Shown here piece after piece: positions 1 to 8,156 of a DNA stretch of 40,272 bases (its first letter is position 1; each line of letters begins with the position of its first letter). A model generated the notes under the pieces. That model was not told the DNA's origin. It did not search any database and was given only the letters and a program-made list of their open reading frames with translations. Position numbers and translations under genes: made by a program. Source of the DNA: a virus (taxonomy: Duplodnaviria > Caudoviricetes); the IMG/VR virus record IMGVR_UViG_3300037461_001295, positions 1-40,272 of that record. The stretch is one strand, 5' to 3'.

Positions 1-117
1 TACTCCTAAAACTCCCTTCGTCCCGCGGGATCGGCGCGGTGAACGGCGGCATGAACATGAAGAACGGCCGGTCCTCCGCCGAGATCGAGCCGCTGACGAC
101 CCCGAGGAGTCTCATCT
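1..117 (+). repeat. Terminal direct repeat / circularisation overlap, left copy
   Basis: Matches 40156-40272 except C16 versus T40171. Confidence 0.97.
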
Positions 118-125
118 ATCGCCCC

Positions 126-313
126 CCAGAGAAAATCGGGGGTTGGGCATACTTAATTTCTTCGCGGGTACGGGGCCCCGCGAAGAAATGCCCGCTCCGC
201 CGGCGGCAGACCCGATGGATGCGATCGACGTGGGGGGCTGCCGGGCCGAGCGAAACGCCGCCCGCCCCACAGGGCGGCGTTTCGCTATATGCCCAACCCC
301 CGATTTTCTCTGG
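126..313. other. Nested palindromic element (26-bp perfect inverted repeat enclosing three hairpins)
   Basis: 126-151 is the exact reverse complement of 288-313; internal stems 156-168/177-189 (13 bp), 249-263/272-286 (15 bp) and an imperfect 204-213/234-243. Confidence 0.9.
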
Positions 314-321
314 CCGCCGGA

Positions 322-1782
322 TCATGTCGCCGCCCCCTGCGTCTCCGTCGTCCCGTCGTCACTGACGACCTGGGTCTTGCGGACCGTCACGCCATCCGCC
401 GCGTAGAGCCGGATCCGTGGCGAGCTGCCCCGCGTCAGGGTCACCTTCTCGAAGAGCCGGGCGTAGACCAGCTCCAGGAGCGAGTCCGTCGTCTCCAGGC
501 CCGCCTTGATCCCGGCCACGGTCGGCAGGGCCGAGACATCCGCCGCCAGGCCGGCGAAGTCCCACGCCGCCACGGCCGAGGTGTCGATCTTGATCGAGTC
601 GACGACGCCCGCCGCCGTCGAGAGGTCCGCCGCCAGGCCGGCGAAGTCCCACGCCGCCACGGCCGAGGTGTCGATCTTGATCGAGTCGACGACGGCGTCC
701 ACCACGTCGACCTTGGCCGCCAGGGCCGAGAGGTCCTCCTCCAGGCCCGTGATCCCGCCCCCGAGCGCCGCGATGGCCGAGGCGTCGAGCTCGCCCAGGA
801 CATCCGTCAAGGCGTTCAAGGCCGAGGTGTCGAGGGCGCCCAGGGCGCTCGTCAGGCCCGGGATGGCCGAGGTGTCGAGCTTGATGAGGTCGCAGACGTC
901 CGCCAGGGCCGAGAGGCTGATCTTGATCGTATCGACGTCCGCCGGCAGGTTCGCCGCGTCCAGCTCCGCCAGCCGGGCCTCCGTGCAGCGCGCCGCCAGG
1001 GCGGAGGTATCGACCTTGATCGAGTCCACGACCGCCCCGACGGTCGTAAGGTTCGCCGCGAGGGCCAGGTCGGCCCGGATCGTGGCGATATCCGCCGCCA
1101 GGACTTTGACCCCGTCCGTCGAGGTATCGACCAGGATGCTCGCCACCGCCGTCCCCACCGTCGAGAGGTTGGCCGAGAGGGCCAGGCCACTCTGGATGCT
1201 CGCCACGGCCGCCGCTGCGACGGCGACGCCGTCCGTCGACGTGTCGCTGAGGATCTTCGCCGTCTCGGCCTTGAGGGCCGCCACGTCGGCCGCCAGGGAC
1301 GCGCCCGCCGGGGCCCCCACCCGGGCGTAGGCGTCGCCGGTCATCGCCGGCGCCGCCGCCCCTTTCCAGTTCACGACGTTCACCCCGACCTGTCCCAGCG
1401 AGGCCGAGACGCCCGCCCCGGCGATCTGGACGGCGTCCGCCTGGAGGTAGTCGGACCCGCCGACCAGCGAGTCAAAGACGTTCGCCGGCAGGACCTCGAA
1501 CGCGTGCCAGACGGGCAGGGCCCCCGCGACGTGGGCCATGAGCTGGAGCCGCCCGAGGGTATTGGTGTCCGTCGTCGCCAGCGGGCAGTCGTACCACCCG
1601 AGCTCGTCGTGCGTGCAAGTCACCTCCGAGCTCTTCGCCGCCAGATTGCCGCCGTTCTTCGAGAGGCGGATGGCGGCGTAGCCGATCGTCAGGCCGCCTT
1701 CGGAGGAGTTGCCGTCCGTGGCGTCCAGGAACGGGCCGATCTTGACCGTCGCCGCGGTCGTCTGTTTGAGGAATCCGTCCAT
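322..1782 (-). CDS. Hypothetical virion-associated protein with Ala/Asp-rich DTS repeats
   Basis: 486-aa ORF, GC3-rich codons, GAG/GGA-type SD, sits in the late operon; repeated IKxDTSA motifs. Confidence 0.75.
   Translation of the reverse strand: MDGFLKQTTAATVKIGPFLDATDGNSSEGGLTIGYAAIRLSKNGGNLAAKSSEVTCTHDELGWYDCPLATTDTNTLGRLQLMAHVAGALPVWHAFEVLPANVFDSLVGGSDYLQADAVQIAGAGVSASLGQVGVNVVNWKGAAAPAMTGDAYARVGAPAGASLAADVAALKAETAKILSDTSTDGVAVAAAAVASIQSGLALSANLSTVGTAVASILVDTSTDGVKVLAADIATIRADLALAANLTTVGAVVDSIKVDTSALAARCTEARLAELDAANLPADVDTIKISLSALADVCDLIKLDTSAIPGLTSALGALDTSALNALTDVLGELDASAIAALGGGITGLEEDLSALAAKVDVVDAVVDSIKIDTSAVAAWDFAGLAADLSTAAGVVDSIKIDTSAVAAWDFAGLAADVSALPTVAGIKAGLETTDSLLELVYARLFEKVTLTRGSSPRIRLYAADGVTVRKTQVVSDDGTTETQGAAT
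539..694. repeat. Exact 69-bp intragenic direct repeat (87-bp period)
   Basis: 539-607 equals 626-694; encodes VVDSIKIDTSAVAAWDFAGLAAD twice. Confidence 0.92.
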
Positions 1783-1785
1783 ACT

Positions 1786-2991
1786 CTATCCAGCCCTCCG
1801 TCGTCGGTAATGGGCCGCCGCCAGGGGTATGGCCAGGCCGCCCCCGCTGGCGACATAGGTGATGTAGGCGGTGATCTGCCGATTCGTGGCACTGGCGTCC
1901 CACGTGGCCGGCGCTGGGCTGGGAATATCGTAGGTGGCGTCCTTACGCCCGTACCAGAAGCCGTCCGTGGCATCGTAGGTGATCCGCCAGTCGCTGTTCG
2001 CGTGGGCGACACAGGCGGCGTAGACCTGCAGGCCGCTGGCCAGGGCCTCGCCGCCGGCCGTGGCGACGTGGAACTCCGGGTTTGTGGCGAAATTCAACTC
2101 AGCACTTATGAAAACCCGCGTAGACGGGACGCCGGCTGTGCCGGTATAGACGCCGACCTTTGAGCCATTGACCGTCGAGTCATCCGCGTCGTAAATGTGC
2201 ACGCTGCTGAGCGTGCCAGCCGCCGGCATAGCGCCCAGGTAGAACGCAAAGAGCTGGTCGCCGCTGCCGGTATAGCCACCACTGACGCCGGTGCCACTAT
2301 CGCCCAGGGTCGGGTCCAGCAGGACCGGCCACTGCTGCTGCGCCCCGAGCCAGTCCAGCGGCAGATGCACGCGGAGGACGCCCGCCGCCGGCAGCCACTC
2401 CATCCGGCACCAGGCCCGCTCCAGCGGCTTGGCCACGGGACAGCAGTAGGGCCGATACAGGTGTCCGAGCTTGTCGCCGTAGCGGGCGCCGTAGATGGCG
2501 TAAGAGCCGACCACGTCCGCGGGCCGCGCGCAGCCTTCGTCGATCTCCTGCGAAGTCAACTCGCCCTGGTAGTGCAGCCGGGCCCCGCTGGGGGCGTCCA
2601 GGGCGAAGTCGAGATACGGGCGGCTCGGGCACTTGTCCAGGACGGCCGCGAACTTGAGCCCCTGGGGCGTCTTCGTCCACGTCGCCCGGGCCGCCAGGCC
2701 GAGCAGCTCCCGCGGCAGCTCGAACTCGTGGCCACCCTCAATCTGCTGGCGCACCGCCCCCGTCGCCGCCGGCAGGGACATGACGATACTGCCCCGCTGG
2801 CTCTTGCCGTCGTCGCTCCAGGGCAGCCAGAGCTTGGCCGCCGGAACGAGCCCAGACTCGGCGCACGGCCCATCCGTATGGGACATCCACTCACGCCGGT
2901 ATGTCGTCGGCACGATCGCCATACGGGCCCCGTTACGGTGATAAGACCCGGCGGGCGTCGCCGCCCGCCGGCTCGCGATAAGGAGCTGCAC
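1786..2991 (-). CDS. Hypothetical protein, probably two-domain; beta-rich C-terminal half (possible virion surface protein)
   Basis: 401-aa ORF in operon context; C-terminal half has a different codon style and is Gly/Thr/Ser/aromatic-rich. Confidence 0.65.
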   Translation of the reverse strand: MQLLIASRRAATPAGSYHRNGARMAIVPTTYRREWMSHTDGPCAESGLVPAAKLWLPWSDDGKSQRGSIVMSLPAATGAVRQQIEGGHEFELPRELLGLAARATWTKTPQGLKFAAVLDKCPSRPYLDFALDAPSGARLHYQGELTSQEIDEGCARPADVVGSYAIYGARYGDKLGHLYRPYCCPVAKPLERAWCRMEWLPAAGVLRVHLPLDWLGAQQQWPVLLDPTLGDSGTGVSGGYTGSGDQLFAFYLGAMPAAGTLSSVHIYDADDSTVNGSKVGVYTGTAGVPSTRVFISAELNFATNPEFHVATAGGEALASGLQVYAACVAHANSDWRITYDATDGFWYGRKDATYDIPSPAPATWDASATNRQITAYITYVASGGGLAIPLAAAHYRRRRAG

Positions 2992-3787
2992 TGCTGCTCG
3001 TGGCTGCCGGCGCCGGGGCGGGCGCCTCCATCTCGGCGACGAGGCGTTCCACCTCGGCCAGCCCCGCGGCCGCCGCCTCGTCCACCACCGTCGCCACCGC
3101 CGGCTGCGCCGCCGCGGCCGCGGCGTACTCCCGGTCCTCCCGGACGGCGCTCTCGTAGGCCGCCAGGAGCGGCACCGGCCCCTTGTAATGCTCGCAGCGA
3201 AGCGCGGGCTCCGCCAGGATGGGAATGCCCACCGCCGCGCAGCGGTCGCAGAAGAAGGCGTCGCCCGTCTGCTTGACGGGATTGCCCTGCGCCAGCGGCT
3301 GAAACTGCCGCTGGAACCACGGCCAGCCGACCCGCTCCAGGGCGGCCCGCGCGATCAGCAGGCAGCTGCCGCCGACCTTGCGGGTCGGGAAGGGCCCCGC
3401 CGGCAGCGGCTTGGCCCGCCGCCACCAGTCGCCCGTCGCCGGGTCGTGCACGTTCCAGCGCCAGTGGCCGTCCCGTTCCAGGAGGATCGGCGTCACGCCG
3501 GAGACGACCGGCCAGCCCCGCTGGCACAGGCCCAGGAGGCGGGCCAGGGTCCCCGCCGGCGGGACGGTATCCGCATCCACGCAGCAGACGTGCGTCACGC
3601 CGTCGCCGGACGCCAGGACCTGCTCGATGGCGGCGTTGCGGCCCTGGTCGGGCGAGTCGCTGTAGCTGAAGGTCCACTCGACGTTCGCGTGGACCGCCTG
3701 GCGGGCGCACCAGGCCGCCGTCTCCAGGTGGATCAGCCCGCCCTTCGGCACGGGGGTCACTAAGGCAATCTGCAAGCGGTTCTCCAT
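2933..3787 (-). CDS. Glycosyltransferase, GT-A fold (family 2-like)
   Basis: RNAAI...HVCCVDADT (DxD motif), GGSCLLIAR, GDAFFC...G, CEH pattern typical of phage GT-A proteins; AGGAG SD. Confidence 0.75.
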   Translation of the reverse strand: MENRLQIALVTPVPKGGLIHLETAAWCARQAVHANVEWTFSYSDSPDQGRNAAIEQVLASGDGVTHVCCVDADTVPPAGTLARLLGLCQRGWPVVSGVTPILLERDGHWRWNVHDPATGDWWRRAKPLPAGPFPTRKVGGSCLLIARAALERVGWPWFQRQFQPLAQGNPVKQTGDAFFCDRCAAVGIPILAEPALRCEHYKGPVPLLAAYESAVREDREYAAAAAAQPAVATVVDEAAAAGLAEVERLVAEMEAPAPAPAATSSSAAPYREPAGGDARRVLSP

Positions 3788-3827
3788 AACCCAACGCTCT
3801 CCTTATCGCGGTTCGCGTGTCGCTACG

Positions 3828-4055
3828 TCACTCGATCAGCCGGCCGCGGGCGTCCCGCGGCCAGACGTTCAGCTTCCGCGGGCCCCAGGGACAGAGGCCC
3901 TGGACCTTCGCCGGCGGCGGGCCCAGACCGCCGTCGCGGCGAACATCGTAGCCGGCGGCGTGGGCCCGCCGGCCCGCCTCCGCGCGGAGCTCGCGGCCCG
4001 AGACGTCGTCGGGGACCAGCTCGCCGCGGTCCATCTGCGGTACCGGTGCGTCCAT
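3828..4055 (-). CDS. Hypothetical protein
   Basis: 75 aa; start overlaps upstream stop (TAATG). Confidence 0.55.
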   Translation of the reverse strand: MDAPVPQMDRGELVPDDVSGRELRAEAGRRAHAAGYDVRRDGGLGPPPAKVQGLCPWGPRKLNVWPRDARGRLIE

Positions 4056-4231
4056 TACTTCGTCGCCTCCGGGTACCGCAGATCCACCGCCACGTTGCGG
4101 TAGTTCGCCGGCTGCAGTTCCGCCGGTTGCGGCGACTCCGCCGGCGGCTTCGGGCCCCGGTCCGGCCGCGCCGCTTCCGTCGCGGCGGCCGGCAGGGCCG
4201 TTTCGGTCGTGGCGATCCTTTCGTCTGGCAT
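4055..4231 (-). CDS. Hypothetical protein
   Basis: 58 aa from ATG 4231 after AGGAAGG; coupled to the next ORF. Confidence 0.5.
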   Translation of the reverse strand: MPDERIATTETALPAAATEAARPDRGPKPPAESPQPAELQPANYRNVAVDLRYPEATK

Positions 4232-4266
4232 GCGTGTCTGCCTTCCTGTCCCGCGGGACAAGTCAG

Positions 4267-4298
4267 GCCCGGGACGCCTCGGCCGTGGCGTCCCGGGC
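4267..4298. terminator. GC-rich hairpin downstream of capsid/decoration genes (terminator or stabiliser)
   Basis: Perfect 12-bp stem GCCCGGGACGCC/GGCGTCCCGGGC, 8-nt loop; U-tract weak on the minus strand. Confidence 0.5.
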
Positions 4299-4322
4299 GG
4301 TTTCTCTGTCCGGTCTTGGGGG

Positions 4323-5126
4323 CTAGCACGAGAGCTGCAGCATGACCAGCGGCATGGCGCCCGTCCCCGAGGCCGTCGTGTCGATGATGTAGCCGGCGAT
4401 CTGATAGCCCGTTTCCATCGTCAACGCCGTGGCCCCGTTCACGGAGCCGTCGCCGACGAAGCAGACCAGGCGGTCGTTCGCCGAGTTGCCGGGGACGCTG
4501 TCGCCGCCACCGGGCACGCACCAGCAGGGACCCCAGGTCTGGCCCCAGAAGTTGTACCCCGTCGTCACGGCCACCCGGGGCACGCACATGAAGGCGTTGT
4601 ACTCCAGGTTGCCCTTCGAGAGGTACCGGAACGGGTTCAGCGGCAACTCGCAGGCCACGCCGGCGGCGTGGGCGAGATCCAGCGGCTCGTCGAGCAGGAC
4701 CTGGCAGGTCCCGCCGCCCGAGGCGACGGCCGCGTTGCCGATGACCAGGCGGTTCTCGGTCAGGGTGGCGCCGCCGTGGCCCACGACGAGGTGGGCGCCG
4801 ACCAGCTCGTTCTCGGCGATGGCCCCGTCGCCGGCGTAGCCCTCGGCGGAGGCGATCGTGACGGGGATCTGCTGCTGACCCGCCACGTAGGCCGCCGGGG
4901 TGACCGAGTTGATCAGATAGCCCACCGGGGCGATGTTCGCCGCCCCGTAGCCCGCGTAGAGCGTCCCGAGCGAGCGGCAGTATTTGAAGACCCGGCCGTC
5001 CCAGGTCACATACCGCCGGCCGTACGGGTGCGACTGCGTCGTCGACAGGACGGCGAAGTCGTGCGGCTTGGCCGCCGGGCCCAGGATGGGCGTGAAATCC
5101 AGTTTGGGAGGTACGATCGTGTTCAT
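4323..5126 (-). CDS. Putative capsid decoration / minor head protein
   Basis: 267 aa directly after the capsid gene; GRRYVTWDGRVFKY motif and Gly/Ala-rich beta character; AAAGGA SD. Confidence 0.6.
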   Translation of the reverse strand: MNTIVPPKLDFTPILGPAAKPHDFAVLSTTQSHPYGRRYVTWDGRVFKYCRSLGTLYAGYGAANIAPVGYLINSVTPAAYVAGQQQIPVTIASAEGYAGDGAIAENELVGAHLVVGHGGATLTENRLVIGNAAVASGGGTCQVLLDEPLDLAHAAGVACELPLNPFRYLSKGNLEYNAFMCVPRVAVTTGYNFWGQTWGPCWCVPGGGDSVPGNSANDRLVCFVGDGSVNGATALTMETGYQIAGYIIDTTASGTGAMPLVMLQLSC

Positions 5127-5155
5127 GGTTCTAACGGTCCTTTCTGCGTCGGGAA

Positions 5156-5190
5156 AATCTCAGATCTCAACTCTCAGATCTCAAATCTCC
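5156..5190. repeat. Heptamer tandem repeat, AGATCTC family
   Basis: aaatctc agatctc aactctc agatctc aaatctc; second array at 6249-6270. Confidence 0.85.
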
Positions 5191-5192
5191 GC

Positions 5193-6152
5193 CTACGCGC
5201 TGGCCTTGAGGTTGATCTGGATGACGGCCGGACCCTCCTGCCGCGTCGCGCCCTTGGAGGCGAAGCCGTGGCAGTACCACTCGTTCTGCTGGTGGCTGTC
5301 CTGCCACATCTTCGGCGTGATGTCCTGGCCGATGCCCAGGGCGATCGCCCCGCCGACGCAGGCGAACGCCTTGATGCAGTCCGTCTCCGTCGTGTCCCGC
5401 GAGAGCTGCTCCGTCCAGAGGAACTTGAACCCCATGAACTCGTCGACCTGACCGTGGGCCAGGGCCTTGACCGTGTTGTAGTCGATGCTCTTGACCTCGG
5501 TCGTCTGGAGGAGCTGCCACTTGTTGTAGCTGTTGGCGATCAGGAAGCGCGGCTGGGTGAAGCCGTTGTCCTGGGTGAAGCCCGCCTCGTCGAGCAGCTC
5601 GCCGCAGAGGCCGATCTTGGCGATCGTCAGGGCCGTCGCCGTCGTGTCGCTGTGGCCGGAGCCCGCCGTGACGAGGGTCCCGTCCCCGGCGACGAGCCGG
5701 CACTCGCCCACGTCGTAGTTATTGACCGTGGTGATCGAGGGGGCCGTGCCGGCGGCGTCCGACGTCACCTGGGTATACGCCGCCCCGCCGAGCGCCTCGA
5801 TGATCAGGCTGTTCTCGGCCCGGTTGAAGGCGTTGACGCAGAGGACCGGGTACTTGCCCCGGAAGTCGATGATCGAGCGGATCTCGTCGGAGGGGTCCAG
5901 GTACTCGCCCCAGACGTCGTCGACGGTCCAGCCGCGCCGGCGGTCGTGATACGTCGGCGTCCACGGGTTGGTCTGATGCCGGGCCGACTTCCGCACGACC
6001 TCGGAGCCCTTGAGGCGGTCGCCGTAGAAGACGGCGCCCTGGACCGGCTTGATCTCGCAAATCTGACGCAGGAGCGCCCGGCTCTCCTCCGCCAGCATCC
6101 GCACGTTGGAACTATACTGCTCCACGTGCGCCTGATTGATCTCGGTTCCCAT
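5193..6152 (-). CDS. Major capsid protein
   Basis: 319 aa from MGTEINQAHVEQYSSNVRML; VKSIDYNTVKALAHGQVDEFMGFKF and GATRQEG motifs typical of BPP-1-like podovirus capsids; follows scaffold gene; GGAGAG SD. Confidence 0.9.
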   Translation of the reverse strand: MGTEINQAHVEQYSSNVRMLAEESRALLRQICEIKPVQGAVFYGDRLKGSEVVRKSARHQTNPWTPTYHDRRRGWTVDDVWGEYLDPSDEIRSIIDFRGKYPVLCVNAFNRAENSLIIEALGGAAYTQVTSDAAGTAPSITTVNNYDVGECRLVAGDGTLVTAGSGHSDTTATALTIAKIGLCGELLDEAGFTQDNGFTQPRFLIANSYNKWQLLQTTEVKSIDYNTVKALAHGQVDEFMGFKFLWTEQLSRDTTETDCIKAFACVGGAIALGIGQDITPKMWQDSHQQNEWYCHGFASKGATRQEGPAVIQINLKASA

Positions 6153-6223
6153 TGGAGAACTCTCCACAATCCATTGGTGATTGATGATTGATGCCCCGCG
6201 CCGCTGCGCGTCAGGCACGTCTT

Positions 6224-6383
6224 GGAGAGCTCCCCGCTACGCCTCGGAAATCTCAGATCTCAGATCCCAGAGGCTCACGGACCCTACCGTGTGCGTTTGG
6301 CCCCGCCGGGCTTGCGGACGCCGAGGGGATCGACGCTACCCGCCTTTGCTGCCCGCCGCGCCCGGACCGGTAAGGCTCCCCGG
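6224..6383 (-). promoter_or_regulatory. Structured capsid 5' leader with three copies of a bulged-stem motif
   Basis: Three stems pair GG[GGA/GUA]GC with GUCC (see findings). Confidence 0.6.
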
Positions 6384-6410
6384 CCGCGGCGGTATGCTGT
6401 CCTCGTGAAA

Positions 6411-7418
6411 CTACTTGCCCTTCCCTTTCGCGTGCAGGAGCTGCTGGCGGAGCGCCAGGACCTGCTCGGTGACCATGCGGTTCCGCGCATGTTTCGGATC
6501 GCGGTACTCCGGCGACGTCTCCAGCTCGGCGATCCGCCGTTCGAGCCCGCCGAGGTCCGGCCGCCCGCTGCCGGCGTCGATATGGAGCCGGTCGGGCGAG
6601 ATCATCGACCCGAAGGCGGCCATGATCTCCTGGAAGGCCGGCGTCGCCGCCAGGACCTGCTGGAGGGCGGTGCAGTCCGCCTGGTTCAGGCCCGCCTGGG
6701 CCGCCGCCGCCGCCATGGCCGAGTTGGCGAGCTGGACGCTCGTCTCGTAGCGCGGGCCCCACTTCGTCCGCAGGGCGGCCTCCCGCGCCTGCGCCGCCTG
6801 CGTCGCCGCCGCCGCCTCCGCCCGGTCCTCCGCCGCGTTATGGCTGAGGATCCGCTCGGTGAGGCCCTTATACTGCGCGGCCGTGAGCCGCAGCTCGTGG
6901 GCCCAGCCGCGGAGCGTCTTATCGGCCGCCTGGAAGGTATCGTCCGCCTGCTGGCCCGCGGGCAGAGGGATCGCCGGGTACTTGTCCGGACCCTCCGCCG
7001 GCCAGCCGGCCGTCTTGAACCAGGCGTCCCAGCCCGCCTGATCGCTCGGGTCGGTCGGGACGATCTGGCCCTTGCGGCCCAGGAGCTTCTCCTGGTTCGC
7101 GAACATCGTCGCCAGGTCGGCGACGCTCTTGACCGCGACGAGGGTCTTATTCGTGGCCAGGGCCGGGTCCATGCCCGTCCGCTGGAGCCAGCCGGGGGCA
7201 AAGGTCCCGTCCGCGTTCACCGGCCCGGCCGGGGCGGCGGAACCGCCGCCAGCGCCGGCCGAACCCGATGCCGCCGCTTGACCCGCGCCCGCAGCGGACG
7301 CGGCGGCTCCGGCGCCACCCGACCCGCCGGCAGCGCCGCCGTCGTCCAGGTAACGCCACGTGCGGGCAGGCCACCACAGGCTTTTCAGCGAGGCAATCTT
7401 GCCGGGGCGCCCCCTCAT
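6411..7418 (-). CDS. Capsid scaffolding protein
   Basis: 335 aa between portal and capsid; Gly/Ala-rich N-terminus, LRTKWGPRYE and C-terminal EYRDPKH motifs typical of podovirus scaffolds. Confidence 0.8.
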   Translation of the reverse strand: MRGRPGKIASLKSLWWPARTWRYLDDGGAAGGSGGAGAAASAAGAGQAAASGSAGAGGGSAAPAGPVNADGTFAPGWLQRTGMDPALATNKTLVAVKSVADLATMFANQEKLLGRKGQIVPTDPSDQAGWDAWFKTAGWPAEGPDKYPAIPLPAGQQADDTFQAADKTLRGWAHELRLTAAQYKGLTERILSHNAAEDRAEAAAATQAAQAREAALRTKWGPRYETSVQLANSAMAAAAAQAGLNQADCTALQQVLAATPAFQEIMAAFGSMISPDRLHIDAGSGRPDLGGLERRIAELETSPEYRDPKHARNRMVTEQVLALRQQLLHAKGKGK

Positions 7419-7888
7419 ACGGCCACCTCCTCCAGTTCCGCCGCGACCTGCTCGATCGTTTCGATCAGGGCGTTCGTCACGGCCACGCCCGGCCCCTCCT
7501 CCGTCGGCAGGACGAAGAGCGGGGCCGTCGGGCTCTCGACCCGGGCGTCCGGGGCCAGCCGCCGCCAGGGCTTGAGCGCCGCGCGGCAGGCGGCCACGCT
7601 CGGGGCCGCCGCCGCCACGACGGCCTGGAGCCGCCGCAGGTCGTCCGCCGTGATCTGGACCGTCCGGCGGCTGCGGGTGAGGTGATAGACGCCCAGGAAC
7701 TCCGTCGTCGGCCCCTCCGGGGCGGAGGCCGTGCGGCGCTCGCCCTTGAGCGAGACCGCCGCCAGGGGCCTCAGGATAGCCTGGACGCGGGCCACGACGG
7801 CCGCCTGGGCCGGCGTCAGCTCGGCAGCCGGCGGCGCCGTTGGGGTTACGGGAGCATTTTTGTCCTTCTCCTTATCGCGGTTGGACAT
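7415..7888 (-). CDS. Hypothetical protein
   Basis: 157 aa, overlaps both neighbours, stop coupled to the scaffold start. Confidence 0.6.
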   Translation of the reverse strand: MSNRDKEKDKNAPVTPTAPPAAELTPAQAAVVARVQAILRPLAAVSLKGERRTASAPEGPTTEFLGVYHLTRSRRTVQITADDLRRLQAVVAAAAPSVAACRAALKPWRRLAPDARVESPTAPLFVLPTEEGPGVAVTNALIETIEQVAAELEEVAV

Positions 7889-8156
7889 CGCTCGTGAGCT
7901 CCGAAAAAGGTTCCTTGGTTTGGCCGGCCCCGCGCGACCAGGCGAGGCCGATCTGGGTCGTGACCTCCTGCAGGACGCGCAGCGCCCCGCAGCGGTAGTC
8001 CGTCAGGTGCGGGTTCTCCGGGCAAAAGGGGTTGGCCCCGAACTTCTCCTCGAGGTCCCGCAACACCACCGCCCCGTCCCGCGTCCCGAAGCAGCCCCGG
8101 TAGGCGTCGAGGACCTGCTCCTCCGTCAAGGGCGTCTGTCCGACCACCGCCGCCAT
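7872..8156 (-). CDS. Small portal-adjacent protein (Bbp19-like)
   Basis: YRGCFGTRDGAVVLRDL motif; start overlaps the portal stop. Confidence 0.7.
   Translation of the reverse strand: MAAVVGQTPLTEEQVLDAYRGCFGTRDGAVVLRDLEEKFGANPFCPENPHLTDYRCGALRVLQEVTTQIGLAWSRGAGQTKEPFSELTSDVQPR

Noticed and set aside
116-325. 69-aa ORF as a real protein
   Set aside because: Sequence is dictated by the palindromes (the same peptide appears on both strands); coupling is suggestive but product support is weak
5127-5200. T7 10B-style frameshift or readthrough fusing capsid to the next gene
   Set aside because: No slippery site seen near the capsid stop, and the next gene has its own SD
6153-6218. Longer capsid N-terminus from the ORF track
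   Set aside because: ATG 6152 has an SD and matches the usual capsid start; the upstream part is leader with repeats
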